Below are positions 37,324 through 52,759 of a stretch of 64,000 nt of DNA, piece by piece. The translations under genes and the position numbers were made by a program. How positions within the stretch are numbered: position 1 is the first letter of the stretch; every line of letters starts with the position of its first letter. The DNA lies in NCBI RefSeq assembly GCF_000150275.1, contig NW_002060947.1:2035740-2099739 (forward strand), written 5' to 3'. The notes below the pieces were generated by a model that worked only from the letters and a program-made list of their open reading frames with translations, was not told the origin of the DNA and made no database searches. This stretch comes from Trichoplax adhaerens. Taxonomy: Eukaryota > Animalia > Placozoa.

Positions 37324-40300
37324 TGAGACTTGAAAGCGAGTAAGCTATTTGCCCTACACGATTAATAATTGGCTTGTCCTCATCGAATAGTGACTGTATT
37401 GACATAACATGAAAAATTTTAGTCAAATTAGTGCTTATCATTGCGTAAATATTGGCAATGAAATCAACCCGAAAAGCAAAGCATCTTACGTATTTCTTAA
37501 TAAATTCATTTACGTTAAATTTTTGGTATGAGTTTGATGATATTGTTACTAGATCACACTATGCTTGAACTACAGCTCAGTCGTATTGTAAACAATTATA
37601 GATTACGTTATAAGTCGCATTTTCGATTATCGTTCTGAAGAGAAAACTGACTCAATTTATATTGCTTTTCTCTGGAAGTATAAAGCTCATTTTTTACCCG
37701 ATATCGAACGTTAAAAAATTTTCAGCTTCATCGTACTCTGTCTACGTCAAATTTCTTATTAAATTGCCACTTACGATATTAATTGTAATCGCTATATACA
37801 TACATGGTGTAATATTGAAGAATATATGTGAAAGCACTGATGCTTCTTGAATGATGGAGGCTTGAAACGAATATGTTAGCACTGTAATTTATTATCCGTT
37901 CGATTATGTCCGTTAAAGGATAGGAATAGCTTAACAAAGTGTTATTTGTTAAAAAAGATTTTATCGCTTTAAAAATATTCTATTGTTAAAATATACTGCA
38001 TTGAATTCGAATTTTTCGCCCTAAAATTTCAATACATGTTCCAAACAACGTGAATATTAAATAAAGGCACAAACTTGTATCGAATTATCTCTCTTTCTGT
38101 ATAAGTGTGATGTCCATGTAAGCTATATTGAGGAGAAAGGGTTAAATTTTGCTGTATGTAGGCCGGACTTTAGGTATTTTTTATAAATCTTATTTAATGG
38201 CCTACTAATAAATTGCTAAAATATACTGATCATAACGCATTATTTATGTTATTGTCGAAGTTATTAATGTTAATCATTTTGATCGCTCATACAAATATCA
38301 TCAGTAGAACTCTTATTATAGCAAACGTAACATAAACTGCATTATACAGTAATTCCGTTTTGAACAGTCTTATAATGATCTTGATAATTTAATGCCTTTT
38401 GTAAACTAACAGCAAATCAGGCAAAATTAAGTATACTGAAATAAGGTTGTTAGCCAATAGATAGTGTATGCTTTCATTTTCGCACTGAGCGAGAAAAAAT
38501 AGCCGAGTATATCTGATATAGAGTATCAATATGCCAGTATAGCACGTAACATTATTTTGCTACAATAACTTTGAAAATTTCACCACGTAAATCTAGAATC
38601 GCGTACATTTACAAACTTCGGGATGAAATCATGCCAAGGTAATTCTGCAGTTTACGAGTGTCAGTTGGCAATATACAGATTAAGGTACTAGCATATGAAG
38701 TCAGGCAATACAAAGTTTATTTATTGTCGAATAAATGTACATTTACGTAATGTGATGATCAGATTAATAAATACGCCTAATGTGTATTGATAGTGAAATC
38801 AAATCTTTATTGATCATTAAGATTAAAGCAAATATTAAGCTACATGTAAAATAAAAAATAGCACAATTAACAGTAACAGGAAGCAAAAAGTAAGAAAAAT
38901 AAAATTTCCATCTTTCTATGATCAAACAGCAGGACAAGTGTCATATTTATGTTGCTTTCTCGCTCTTACATACGCAGATATACGCACTCTCTCTGTATAC
39001 GCACATATATATATGTAGATATATACCTTTCTCCATATATATCAAATATATAGGTATATAGTATACACATTTAGGGGCAAGCATCTATACACACATCAAA
39101 TAGGTGTATACTTTACAAGCAATTTGATAAAATAGAGATAGATTAATTATTGAATAATAATTAGCTAAGCAATTGAGCGATACAAATGTTTGATACAAAT
39201 AAGAATTTATCGTTAACATGACACATAATGACTGCTACAGAATTTTTAAAACGGTAAGATTGCAAGTAATATACATTTTATGTAATATTATCATTATAAC
39301 TGTGAATTCTTAAGCCGGAGGCATAGTCAATATCAAAATCAAGGAACTTGCAAGCACGTACCATAATATAATAGTCGTCATAATTAACAGTTACATGAAT
39401 TAAATATGCTTCATGTGCGTCATCATTATTGGTATTTATCAACGGAATGTTATAGCTACAGAAGATTAGAAAGGAATTTTAGATCATTAGTAAATAATAA
39501 TAATTGATTAGACAGGCATACTTGACTATTGCCGAAAAAAATGGCATACGTTAATGACCGGAAGATAGTCTGATATTAACTGGTTTATGATAAATCATCA
39601 TATGGAACAAATACTCTAGTCTGGCGTTCACTTAACAGGAAAAGGAAAAAAAATTGACTTATAAACAATGATATAATCAATGTTGTTATGAGAACCCTTA
39701 TTTTGAAAATGTAACATGTATTCGCGCTAACTCTACGTTCATCAAATATCCATGTAGATATTCACCATATTTGAAAGGCATCTAAAAAGAGGATAGTAAT
39801 ATAAAGTAATGCCGAAATAACAGCTCTCCTAGTCGTATTAGCATGAAGAAAAGAAGCATTAAAAAATAAACGACCTTGAAGGACAATACATGTTGAAAAT
39901 ATCGAAATTGACTCAGATATTGCTGAACGAATATGGCCATCACAACAACGTAAGATAGTTATACCGGATAAATAGTACACATTAAACTGGATAGAATATG
40001 ATTGTTATGGTAATCAATAATAATTTATAGCCTTATTTTTGTAATTAATCACAGAAGTAAAGCCGAAGAAAAAGAACATGAATCTTTATACAACAAAAAA
40101 TCCTTTCTTTATCATAAAATCAGAATAGGATACACGGAAGGATAAGTATAAACTATACAGCGCAATTATTAGTTACGGTAGTTACTAGTGAGTTTTTTTA
40201 TTGTTTTCATTTTAAAAATATTATATAGAAGTTCTGTTCCACTATAAGGAACTGCAGTACAATTTAGCTGAGCTGAATGGAATTTTTTAACCGAACAAAT

Positions 40301-40616
40301 ATGTAAATCTTCATAATTTACAATATAGCCTAATTTCGAGTTAACGCGAAATTCATATAATAGGCAATTAATCTTAAAATAACATTAGAAAATTTCTTTT
40401 CCATGATACAAGTTTTATGTCGCAAGTAGATGAACATACAGTTTATTAAAACTAAGTATAAAAATAATTTTAAAGCAAGTAAATCAACTAGATGTATCTG
40501 ATATTTTAGTGCGTACATTAACTTCCAGTTTCCAAAAAACATATACCATACATTATATTACACTAAGTGAAACAGCTATCACTGTTTCAACCGTCATCAC
40601 AGTTTGGATCTAATCC

Positions 40617-43600
40617 TTAGACTTGATTATCACTGACTCCATTTAAGCTGTAATTATCATTTTCTTGCTCTTTGCTAACCAATCGAAAAGCTTCTAAAAA
40701 TTCGTTGAAATCAATATGTCCATCGTTATTGAAATCGATTGATTTAGCCAAGTTATGAATATCTTCTTTTGACATGAAAGATTTAACATGATCATCTAAT
40801 AGTAAACAAGAATCTTGGAATTCTTCCATGGAAATCAATCCTTTAGTTTGCGAGTGAGGATATACAATAATAATGTAATTAATTCGAGCATAGCTATTTT
40901 GTTAGTGCTAACTATTGCATTATTTCTTTTTAAGGAACTGCACTTATTATTATAGTACACACTTAAATTAACAGCTTTAAGAAATCGTTCCTCTAAGGTC
41001 TAAAATAATTAATCATGTTTATATAGCTAATAATGGTAAATTGAATCATTTATCTTTCTCTATCTAATTAAAGCTTATATGATACAGCGTAACAACTTCT
41101 CTAGCTACTAAATTAATAACGAATTCGACTGTTATAATTACTATTATGCATTAGGAATTTATATGGCATGCCTTTAATTTAGAATTTCGCATATTTCGAG
41201 CATTACAAACCTGAATTATCTTTATCGATTATTCTAAAGATTGTTTCTAAACTATTTTTATGCTTATAAAGAGTTTCGGTTACTGTTGGTCCTTTCTATA
41301 ATCGATAAAAATTCGGTAGATAATGTCCATTAGGTGACTGATATTGGCACAAAAAAATATCAATTTACCATCATGACCTTTTGCAGTTCTTAGGAAAACT
41401 ATCACTAGTATATTATCAAGACCTTTACTCTTATTTATTAATAACTGAAATATGTAATTTACGATTTTTAATATTAGCAAACAATTTATTTATACACAAT
41501 CGGTCATACCGATTTAAGAGCTGATTGTAGTGAAAACTTATCGAAACACGAATGATACTGGACCATTCCATCGGCAGTTATATTAACAATTTGGTGTTTT
41601 ATTCGACGCCAGGGTAATTCTAATTCTAGTACATTAACTAAACAGCGAATCCATTGATCTATGGTAATGCAACCTATATAATAGATAAACGTAATAATTA
41701 GTGTTGCTTAATTAGGCAAACTATCAACGTTATGAAGTAAATTTTATCAATTTTTTATAGATACATTTAAAATATTTATGTAGTGCAGTTGCTTTCAAAA
41801 TCTTGTCATAAAGGGTAACTATTAATTATTAAAGGTCGCTATTGCCACGGAATTTTTTAAATTATTTAGGGAAGAAACGCGAAATAATAATAACTAATGT
41901 AAGCTAACCCGTTTCCTCTGTATCTATGGCTTTAAATTCAGCCTCTAAAGCCATCCTATGAGAATGGAACTTGCTCTGTATTTCACGTAATGCCGATTCC
42001 TCAATAATTCCCATTCTAAAGTTATTCAAGCAATCAATGAAAAATTGCATGTAAGGATAATATAACTGCTTAAAATCACAAACTTATATTCTCAAGTAAC
42101 CTTAATACATTTCTATGCATTAATACAATCAATAAACACCCTGTCCATTGCTAATCACTTTCAACTCACTTTTCACGCATGGATAAATTTTTATTTCCAT
42201 AATTGGTATCGGACATGAATTGTAGACATTCGATCTCATGCTTGTCATTTAATTTTAAATATGCGCCTTTATTACTACCCGGGGAATAGTAATTGGAGGC
42301 CGAAAATACTGTCAATACCTACGTTGAAGAAGAAAAATCAAATTAAATAATCTTACTCGCAAATATAACAAGCCAAATGCTACTATATCTACTCGTATAT
42401 TGTAAATGACGCAATACTTCCATCAGATTTCTCTTTACATTATACATTAATAATATTTTACCTTATCATAATGCATATATTCCCATCCCTCGATCTTGCA
42501 TTCATGTGAGCGAATAATTAGGTTAAAATTATGCTTACTGAGGAAATTACGAGTTACATCTGGTCCGAAATAACTGCCACCGCCGCGATATTCATTCGGT
42601 TTGCAACCATTAGCATTTTTAGGATCACTCCAAAGAACGTCCAAGACCTATACCAATAATTAATTTAGAGAAAATCATTCATATTATTGCATTTCCTAAC
42701 ACGATAAATATTTAAATACTAGACGTTAGCTTGTTTAGTTTGCATTTTTAATTACACTAAGATTAGATAACTTAGGTTAAAGTACACGAATCTTGCTCTA
42801 GTAATGATATAGTTTATATTACATGCTAAGTTATAAGATTGAAAAATGCACCTGTCGCCACTCAGTAAGATCAATCTTTTCTTCACCATCTTCTTCATCT
42901 AGCAATGAGGGCCTCAATACAGATATATACTAGAATAATAATTAAGATTGTAATGGATTATTGCGGAACTGCAGTGTGCCTTTATTGTAAGCGTAAATAT
43001 CATTTTCTAAAACTAGTAAATTTATGCCGTACCTTATGTCTATCAATGACATTCAAGTAATGGACATCAGTTTGATCAGAAATTCCACCGTGAGTGACAA
43101 ATATTTTATTGTCAATAATTGTGGCTAAGGGTAGCCAGCTAAAAACGTCTTCAAACATTTTCACTACTTTAGATGCATTTCGCTACAAAGTTGAAAGAAA
43201 AACATGTAACAATGTATAAGAAAAATATCGAATTTTTCCATGATAACATTGATTTACATATTTATTAGCAATATTACGCACCTAAATATATACTAGTATC
43301 TAAGTTTAATATACTGTAATCATTGCTATGCCAGCGATAAATAACAAAATAGAAAGTTTTACATATTATTAATCACAATCAATGTAGCATTCATTTGGGT
43401 TAATTGCGAGGTGAAATTATGTAATAGAATTATGTAATTATGCAACAGAATGCTTCTATTATTGGTAAAAGGACAATCTAAAAGAATCATCACTTTATTT
43501 TAAGTAATGAGCGTATCATTCTGCTATTGTATAATTTCTTTTAAAAACCATATACTGTAATTATATGATAAAAATATAATAAAATATTGTGATAATGTGA

Positions 43601-46600
43601 ACTATTGCAAATATGATTAATTTAATATTTTCATCACATACTTTATATTTACTAATGACTTCTTTCAGGAATCCATACCTACATGATTAAGATAGCATGG
43701 AAGTTCGGGATTATCACAGATAGAAGTATTATTGAGTTTTAAGTGTATCCTGAATCAAAGATCTGAAAAGAAGAGTATAATAATTTTGCAAGCTTGCCTG
43801 ATATTCATGATATGGTCTTCATGGTTTCCTCGATTAATATAAGTTTCGTTAGGATATAGTAGGAAAAAGCATAATAGTAAAATAGCGATCTCGACTGATT
43901 TTTCTCCACGATCGACAAAATCTCCGTTAAATATATAAGGGTTATCATACGATGGCAAACCATTCTAAAAGTAATTTAAAAACTTTACGTTAATACTTGT
44001 AATTACAATTTGAATTATTTTCCATATTTACAAATTGAGTTTTTATTTTTCTAAAATTTGTCAAACGTCGGTTAACCTTATAGAATATGAGTAAAAGGTC
44101 ATCAATTTTTCCGTGGAGATCTCCTAAAAAGGCAGAAAATTGTTTTATAAACATTAAAACTGAAGAAATAAAGTATCTATAAAGAGTATAAGCACAATCT
44201 ATCAATATTCTCAAGTCTATAAATTTTATTTCTAAAGAATATTCAGTACATTGTTCAAAATTTTTAATAGTCTATATTGAATTACCGCATATCGTAATCC
44301 TCTTAGCAGATACTGTTGAAGCCTGGGATACATTTGGCATTAGTTTTAATGTTCGCCTTGCTTCATGGAGTATCTCTAAAAGATACTTTGCATGCAGGAT
44401 CTTGACGATAAAGAACAAGCAGTAATGATTTAAAATTAAAATGCTCCATTATTAAGAATCACGAATTCAAGAATATTAGCTGCATCCTTTAGTCAACACT
44501 AATTATTTTATCAATACTAAGAAATCATCTAGTATATATAGATGTTGATAAGCCTTTAATATATTACTCATTAATCATGTTAGAACTACAAGAAATATCA
44601 TAGAACGATATAATAAGTAATTATATTAATTATAGATCGACAAAACTAATTTCTAGTAGTGGCTCAGCTTCTAAAGTCAGTAGTGAATTTAGTGACAGAA
44701 ATACTCTAAAACTGTAGTTAGAGTCTACAGCTGAGTTAGTACTTAGATTTGAGGGAAATGTCTGTATTTTTTCAATCGCATTTGATTTTATCTTACAGCA
44801 CTATATATTGCTTTTATAATTATCATGTATTATAGTAGCAAAATCGAATATTAAAACACTTATCAGATAATATTTATTAATCGTTGAATTATAAAGCTGA
44901 CGGAATATAGAAATTTAAATAGATTCTTTCGTAAAAAATTGCCTACCTTGTCTTGAGAAAATGCCTCAATCAATTCTTTGACTTGATCTAAGGTTATAGG
45001 CATATTAATATGCGGCCCTTGATATGCCTTATTAATGATAACTGAATCTGGATCAGTAGCTTGCACTAATTGAGCTTCTTCTTCCAGATATGAATTAGCT
45101 AGGAAAATGTGATTTAAAAAGGCCAAATTTTATTATAATAATGTAAAATTAGCTATACTAAACTCAATGATCTGCTTTGTAAATAGCGAATACACACGCA
45201 GTAGTAATATCATTGTTTCATATCCATTACTTTCTTCGATTTAAATAGATCTTGAGTCATGATACCGTGACTCTCTACTTACAAATAGGAGCAAGAACAT
45301 TTGCAATGGACGAGGACCTTCTACCCTTGGTTATGTTAGCATCTTTAAATGTCATATAAAAGAAAATTAGTACTGTTTTCACAAAATATTTTTTAGCTTT
45401 TTAGTTACTATGGTGGAAATATAATCACACAAATTTAATTGTTTTAGAATAATTATAGTATCGTTGATACTAGTTCACAGAATTAGCTCTGAGAGTAAAT
45501 TTTTGTTATACTATCACAGGTGCTAAATAATGTATTGTTTAGACCTTGAAAGATCCATTGCAAACAATAATTTACGATGGGCGACCGATAAGTACAAAGT
45601 AGGATACTTACTACTAATCTTAACCTGGTCAATCATACCATTGAAGAAATTGTAAAGCTATAACATAAAGTAAATATTAAATCAGCATTAATTTGCTATA
45701 ATAAGAGATATAATTCATTAAAATAATCAAAATAGGAATTGAAGAAATGAATGACACGGATTGCCGTAATGTACTCTGAATGGAAACAAGCAACAACGAT
45801 AAAATGTCATCCCAAATATGAAATGAGATTGCAGATTTCATTATAAAAGCTAGGACCAAATAATGATGCATATGTATAGCCGCTTGTGTTTATGACTAAT
45901 TTTTTATGTAAAATATTAATAAAGGTCTGGTAAATTGCATCTATTTCTAGCACTAATTGTAATCGAGGTCAGTATAGAAGCGTAAACTTACAAATAATAT
46001 TAAAAACATTGTATGAACCCTTAGATTATTGATGCCGTGAGCATTACTGTATAAATTATAGCACTCTACTTAAAATACAGTAAATTTCTTTAATATTAAC
46101 TTTTCAATTACTTATTCAAAATAAAATTGCAATAAATTTGAAATAAAAACCCGTGAAATCTGAAAATATAATATTTGCCTCCGCATGATTCAATAACTCA
46201 TAAGGACCACTTAAAATTACAGGCAATAAACTACTTGAGTCGAAATTATAGATTAGGCTAATACTACAATTTTCTCTTAAAATTTAAGTATCACTTCTGC
46301 CTACAGCAATTTACTTAATGTTAACCCGATCAGGTTGCTTCTGCTTCTTAAATTTTCTCAACAAGTTTGAAAAATAATGAAATACGTTCATTTCATCGAT
46401 GTCTTTCAAATAATTGGCAGTATTTTTACAGTATCTGAGATATACCGTAGGTACCGTATAGCAAATAAACTGGATTTGCGAGAAATTCACCCTGCTCATA
46501 ACGAAATGACGAATTAATTTTACTACATATTCTGTCTTTATCTGTTTAATTTAAATTCAGAAAAATTAAAAGTTAAAAAAATCACCTAACGATAGTACCT

Positions 46601-49600
46601 TATCCAATGACTTAAAAATGTAAATGTTTGCCTAATTTTATGCTCTGTGGCACAGAAAATCCCAAATTTAATATAGATAACATAATATTTCTACTAACAA
46701 TTTTGTTATTATAGCGACTGCTTTCAGACCAATAAACGTATGAACAACGGTAATTAAAACTGATTATGTATTATTGATATTATGATCATAAAGAAATAGG
46801 AGATAAATTAATAAAAGAAGTTCAATATGACAGTATTAATATGGATTAGGTTAAAGGCTTACAGACAGATATAAGGAAGAAAAATCAAATAAATTGAAGA
46901 TATACTTTTAGCTGATCTTGTTCTCCAGCAAATTCAATTTGTTGAAATATAGACCAGGTGCATCTTTTCCTTGCTTCTAGCCTAGCTTTATAACGACGGA
47001 ACCAATTTTGAATAAGAATTGCTGATTTAACGGTTATACTTGTGTCTTTACACACCCAATTGTTGTTATCTAACGAAAGAAAATGAAAATTAATTATATC
47101 GCTTTTAGCTTGTCCTCGATTTTTTTAATTCTGTATACTAATGCAAAAGTTAATTCTCAATTCTAATCGTTAAATCATATAATTTGATTAACCGATATTG
47201 AAAAAGAAAATTAGATTTTTTAAAATCGATTAACGCCAAAACTGAATTAATTCGTTACAACAAGCAAATTAATTATCAGATCGTAATTAGCGTCATATTC
47301 TATTTATATACAATTAGCTACCCTGAAGAAAATATTGTCCATTTTCATTTAATGATTATTTATAAAGTAAATTGGTATAGCTAGCCTCCCCTTTCCTATC
47401 TATTTCTATAACAATTAAATTCTTAATATAACACCGTAAGTACATACTATACGTACAAGTAATTACTGATATGGCACGACTATCAACAAGATAGCTAAAA
47501 ATAATAACATTAACTAATGCTGTCTGACGTAAATTATTCAATATATTATTATATAAAATTATTTTACTGATATGGTACTGCAAATTACCATTATCAAATC
47601 ATTCATCAAAATATCCCGATAACTAATTTTATCGACAGCTGTTATTAAGAATAGGATCATAAGTATAGAATAAGTGCTCAGGCTTCCGGCTTATTTACCT
47701 ATTCCAACATGTAAATTTGATATTATTTACAATTATCAATGTGTCATATTAAGGAGTATTACTATGGGCTACAATTGCGTGTGCAGTACGTAAAATATGC
47801 GTTTGTATAATACGATAATTTTGGTGACAACATAGTCCTTATTTACCATTATCATTTTAATAGTGGATCATTAATAATCGATGTTATTAAATATGAGTAT
47901 TGAAGAGTGTCAGCTATTTCATGTCATTAAGTAATTATGTTGTCCATCAATAAATAAAATTAAGGAATAGCGCCATAAAGTACATAATGCGTGTACTTTT
48001 TGAACTATATAAATGTGCATAGTACTCTAATACGATTTACGAGTTTATAATTTTATCGGTACTAATACTATTAAAGATTAGGTTTAGGGTCAAAATTAGT
48101 GGCCATTATAGTAGGCTATAAGTACTATATGGCGTAACATGTAGCATTTGTTTATCGTCATCAGTTTTTTATAATTTGTTGATAATTTATTCGTAAATAA
48201 TCGGTAATGTATAATAGAAATTGTATCATACATATCATTTGCTAAGAACAATCAGGATGCAGTGAATGCTATAAATTATTCTGCTTATGTACATACGTAC
48301 GAGCGTATTTCACGTAAGCTTATGTGTATACAACGTCATACTATTGATGATTTATCGATAGTTGATCGAAAGTACACTTTTGATCCTATAATATATTATT
48401 TATATATATATATATTTATAGCATGCTAGCCAATAATCCTTTCATTCTTTTAGTAGCCAGGTGAATCTTATTTACCGTCGTCAATTTATCCATAGTCGAT
48501 TGATAGCATCCTTATTAAAGATCAGAATTGTCAAGACTACGTTACTTTACACCTCGTCACATTATTCATAGCTAGTTAATATTTAGGGATATTTTTATAA
48601 AGTGTAAAGAAGTGTGTAGTATATGATACAGCACATAATGTATCAACAACATAATGCACATATAGATCTTATAATTGAAAAATGTTGAATATGGAGGACC
48701 ATAAAAATGATCTAGGTTTGATTTCTATGCGTTATTAAATAAGCGGAAAAAAATTTAAGATTATACTCTGTGACATGTACCTATACGGCCTTGTACTCGT
48801 ATATGAATACAAAATTTATTTAGTCGCCTGCTGGATTGTTTCCCAAGATTATCATTCATAAATCATTGACGGTAATAATTAATATTAAGAAGCACTGTCG
48901 TACATCATAAATTGGTATAATGAACACTTTCGGTGCCATAACAGATTTTACCTTTCATTAAAATTTTATGCTTTATCGATCAGCGATGTGAAGAATTACG
49001 CTATTCATAATTGGTATCAAGTTGAGTATATGCATAAAGACAAGATATATCTTCCATTTCAGCTATCTAAATTAGTTTTAACTATTGCGGTATGTTTTTA
49101 TTACATCTAAATTACTCTCATCTTTTATGACCTTCATAAAACATACGCAAAAAAATTGATAGAAGTGACATATTCTTATTGTCTCTGCCTTTAGCGATGT
49201 TTAATCGAATTTTTCTTGGCATATAAAAAAACTCTAAAACAAACGTTATTGTTTAAGATACTACGTTTTAGGTTTTGAGTAGTTGTCAATTGTAAATGTA
49301 CTTAGTAAATGTTTGGAAGAGCAATTGTCAGCAATATATTTCCTGTTAATAAAGGAATGCTTACAGTACTTATGAGTTCAATAGTATACGTATTGTTATC
49401 GTACGAGAACATTATTGATAGTTCTACCTGCTGCATTATTTTATCTTCGCTTAACTGCAAGTATAATCAAGAAATATGTTGACAATTTGTATTTTACCGC
49501 TATAGGAAAGAAAGAATGTCCTATTTTTACTAGGTATATATCAATTCATCAGTCGTCATTTTCAGTAGCTAAAACGTTTTAGCTTCATTTCTCTTAGGTC

Positions 49601-51444
49601 TAAATTAATAATGGAAAGGACAAATGGCTTCTTCAGGATTGAATAATACAAAGAATATAACGGCAACTCTTATTCGTATGATATGAATAGAAGCTGAATA
49701 CGTTATTGGAATAAAACCTGGTCAATTTCAAAGGTATCCATATCGTAAATACCAGGGATATACGCGAATAAAATCATGTAGCCTACTGCAGGGAAATTAC
49801 GGTTTGGCATTAGCTAACTAAGTAGATGATTCTAGCTTTAGGTATGCCGTAGAAATTTATTTGATGCTAGCTGAAAAATGCTTTGATATCGCTAAAGAGC
49901 CATTTATTTAACCTTTTTTAGCTTAAAATCTAACTAAAAATCGATCTCTTCATCTAAAATCTGCAGACTATGCTTCGTATCGATAACTGTATAGTAATAA
50001 TAGCAAAAGAAATGCTTTGCTACTCTTTTAATTGTAAAATTAATGGTAAAATCAACTATATTATTGTTATTTGATAGCTCTATTCTTTTTTCTCTCCATT
50101 TTAATTATAAGGAAGACTAAAGTAACCAAGGTGTATGAAAGTTACTAATAGTAACATCGATATATATTATTCTTTGCCTTCATAACAGTCTGTACAGTAA
50201 AATTTCAAAAACCAAATATTATTTTTTGACGGGGTTAATAAAACAGATGATATTGTTGGCCAGTGGAAAAAAATTTCTGACTGATTTGACTAGCATTTAT
50301 AAATGCTTCTATGCTGTAAAATTGAGCGTTAAACACTCGAGTTTACGTAAAACCTATGAGTAAAGCTAGCAAGAAGCGATTAAGTTGCGTTGATCAGCCT
50401 AAGTTGTAATGGATGAGTGAAAATTGACTGAAATTGACAATAACTTTAGCATAGCAACAAAGGCCATAAAATGTTTAAAATCTTATAAATAGAGATTAAA
50501 TTCCACAAATCAACCAGCGCGGTGATGAATAAATGATCTAATAAGAAGAAATTAATTTTAATTTATAAACTCTTCCTAAAGAAGCAGGATAAGCAGTCGA
50601 GTGGAAGAGATTCATTTACCGTCTTGTATATCCACGCTAATACTACAACAGATATGTCAAGGAATAGATTGAAAGCAGAATATTATAGTTATAAGTTCAC
50701 GGTATAGCGAATGAGTAAGAAGGGAGTTTAGCTAGATATTCCAACGCTAGCTTTAACCAGATGTATAAATTCAATTATAAGAAAAGAAATTTTTTTAATT
50801 GAACTCGTAACTCACTAATTAGTAAGCTAATTACAAGAAATTGAACTCTATCTCTTGCTTAAGCAAATACATGACTTAGAATATTTCCTACTTATTGGAC
50901 ATATTAGAGATGATCTACCTAGTCCATCAAAATAAACTACATGCAGTTTTAAGATTGCAATGCTTATTCAATTTTTCAATTTTGACTCTAAGTTATTATA
51001 CTATAGTTCTGAAAGCACGAGAAAATTTGAGTTCATTAGCTCCTATCAAAAGGAAAATTATAATTTGATTTGACATTCTAATACTTGTAGTCTTGCCCAT
51101 TTTCCCAATGATATTATATTACATAATCAAGATGGCACTTTATGACGTTAAAGCAGTGTTAATTTCACAAGAAAAATGCAAGTAAATATTTTAGCTTAGA
51201 GCAGTTCTACAGTGGAATTGATCTGGTAAAGTAAGAATAAATGAAAGATATTACAGAAGAAAGAAAATAACAAGCTAGGAACAGATTAAATTTTTCAGCT
51301 ATACGTGCAAAAGTAGAATGATATTACGAAGAGAGAATTATTGGCGATAGACTTACTAAATACGACATTTTCACTGCCTTTGGATGGTACTTTAACATTG
51401 GCTTTGCGATTTACCGTGTTAGGATGAGATGGTCCACAACCCAT
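40617..51444 (-). CDS. PPEF: Serine/threonine phosphatase with EF-hands (PPEF/rdgC, PPP7), 17 exons
   Basis: Exons 51444-51357, 47069-46906, 45657-45612, 45342-45283, 45098-44947, 44400-44286, 44123-44077, 43964-43798, 43678-43642, 43182-43033, 42929-42852, 42647-42462, 42318-42170, 42015-41909, 41673-41510, 41295-41211, 40840-40617, with consistent phases. Motifs: MGCGPS, IQ motif [17 protein letters not shown] motifs GDLHG, GDFVDRG, RGNHE, HGG, WSDP, RSHE and SASNY, and EF-hands DKDNSGLISMEE and [12 protein letters not shown]. Confidence 0.93.
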
Positions 51445-52129
51445 TATACAAGTTAAATTGATATCAAATTAAGAGCGAGAAAAAATGATTGTAAATAGGA
51501 GGAAAGCTGGAAAGAATTTAATCAGCAAATAAATATTGCTGCCAACTAGAATAACTCGATATTTATACGTTGTGACGAATATTAAGGAATAAAGTTCTTT
51601 TTCTTGCTCCAAATGACTTTACCACCATTTACAAATTACAAACGATGCCTTTCTTTAGACTTGATCATTCCTGGTCAAAAATACTTATAGGACTATATTG
51701 AAATGGTTATCCACCATATCATTTCATAAATACCGTTTAGATAGATTTTGAGACAATTTTATTTTTAGTTTAGTAATTTCTTTATGGCCTTGAGCTAGGT
51801 TAAAATCTCTCTTACTTAATATGGATAACGTCGATCATGTACGAGTAGAAACGAGTAACTCAATTTTTTTAGAGTTCAACCAAGTAAAATCGTTGATAGA
51901 CCAATTTCTTTTATAGTCTAAGTGAACCTTTTAAAAATTGTTTTATAATTCCAGGATACGATAGCCTGTAGGTTAAAATAAATAATCATTGAAATCAGAA
52001 CTATAATTGATCTTTACCATTTGAGTCATTATGGTGAAAAAATTAAACCGTCTACCACCGAAATAGAATAATTGTACATTGAAAGGAAAGTATCCAAATG
52101 CATCCAATGATAGTTTAAAGAATAATTAG

Positions 52130-52420
52130 AACTTTAATGGGTAAGACAAGAGTTTATAATATACTACAAGATCTTATTTTAAGTTAAGAAATAAAGTATG
52201 GCTAGTAAGTTACTATAAAAATTAAGCATGGAGATTTCGACGGGTAAATGTTTATAATGTACTTCAGAATTCTATTTTAAGCATGTAGTTAAGAAATGAA
52301 GTATGGCGATTTAGCTATTAAGAAAATTTAACATTAATATTTTGACAGGTAAGAGTAGATGATGTACTATGGGATCCTATTTTGAGTTTGCAGTCAAGAA
52401 ATAAAGTATGGCTAGTAAAT
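52130..52420. repeat. Degenerate 105-bp tandem repeat, 3 copies
   Basis: 'aagaaat(a/g)aagtatggc' at 52186, 52291 and 52396, exactly 105 bp apart. Confidence 0.7.
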
Positions 52421-52759
52421 TGTTTCAAAATGATTGTTGTAAATTTTAAGAATATAAATTAACACTCAATAATATCTCATTATCTATGTGCACTTTGTAT
52501 GTTAGCCTGTATCAACTCTTAGAAAAATTTGGTAAGTAGCGACAATAAAGTAAATCAAGCAATTTCCATCATGAAATGTTTAATTTATTATAATTAAATG
52601 AGATATTGATTGTCATATTTTTATATTAATCGTGGCTCATGAAGAAATGAACACCACCCTTATGGTGATTCTGATAGCGATTTAAGGATATGACTAGGAC
52701 ATCCTTGACAACTTACTTTGATGTTATTTAAATTGCATCATTTTAACAAAATTGCGACG

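Noticed and set aside
47320-47350. Alternative PPEF start ATG(AAA)ATGGACAATATTTTCTTCAGG
   Set aside because: Its donor would be phase 0, incompatible with the phase-1 exon at 47069. The MGC exon at 51444 fits better.
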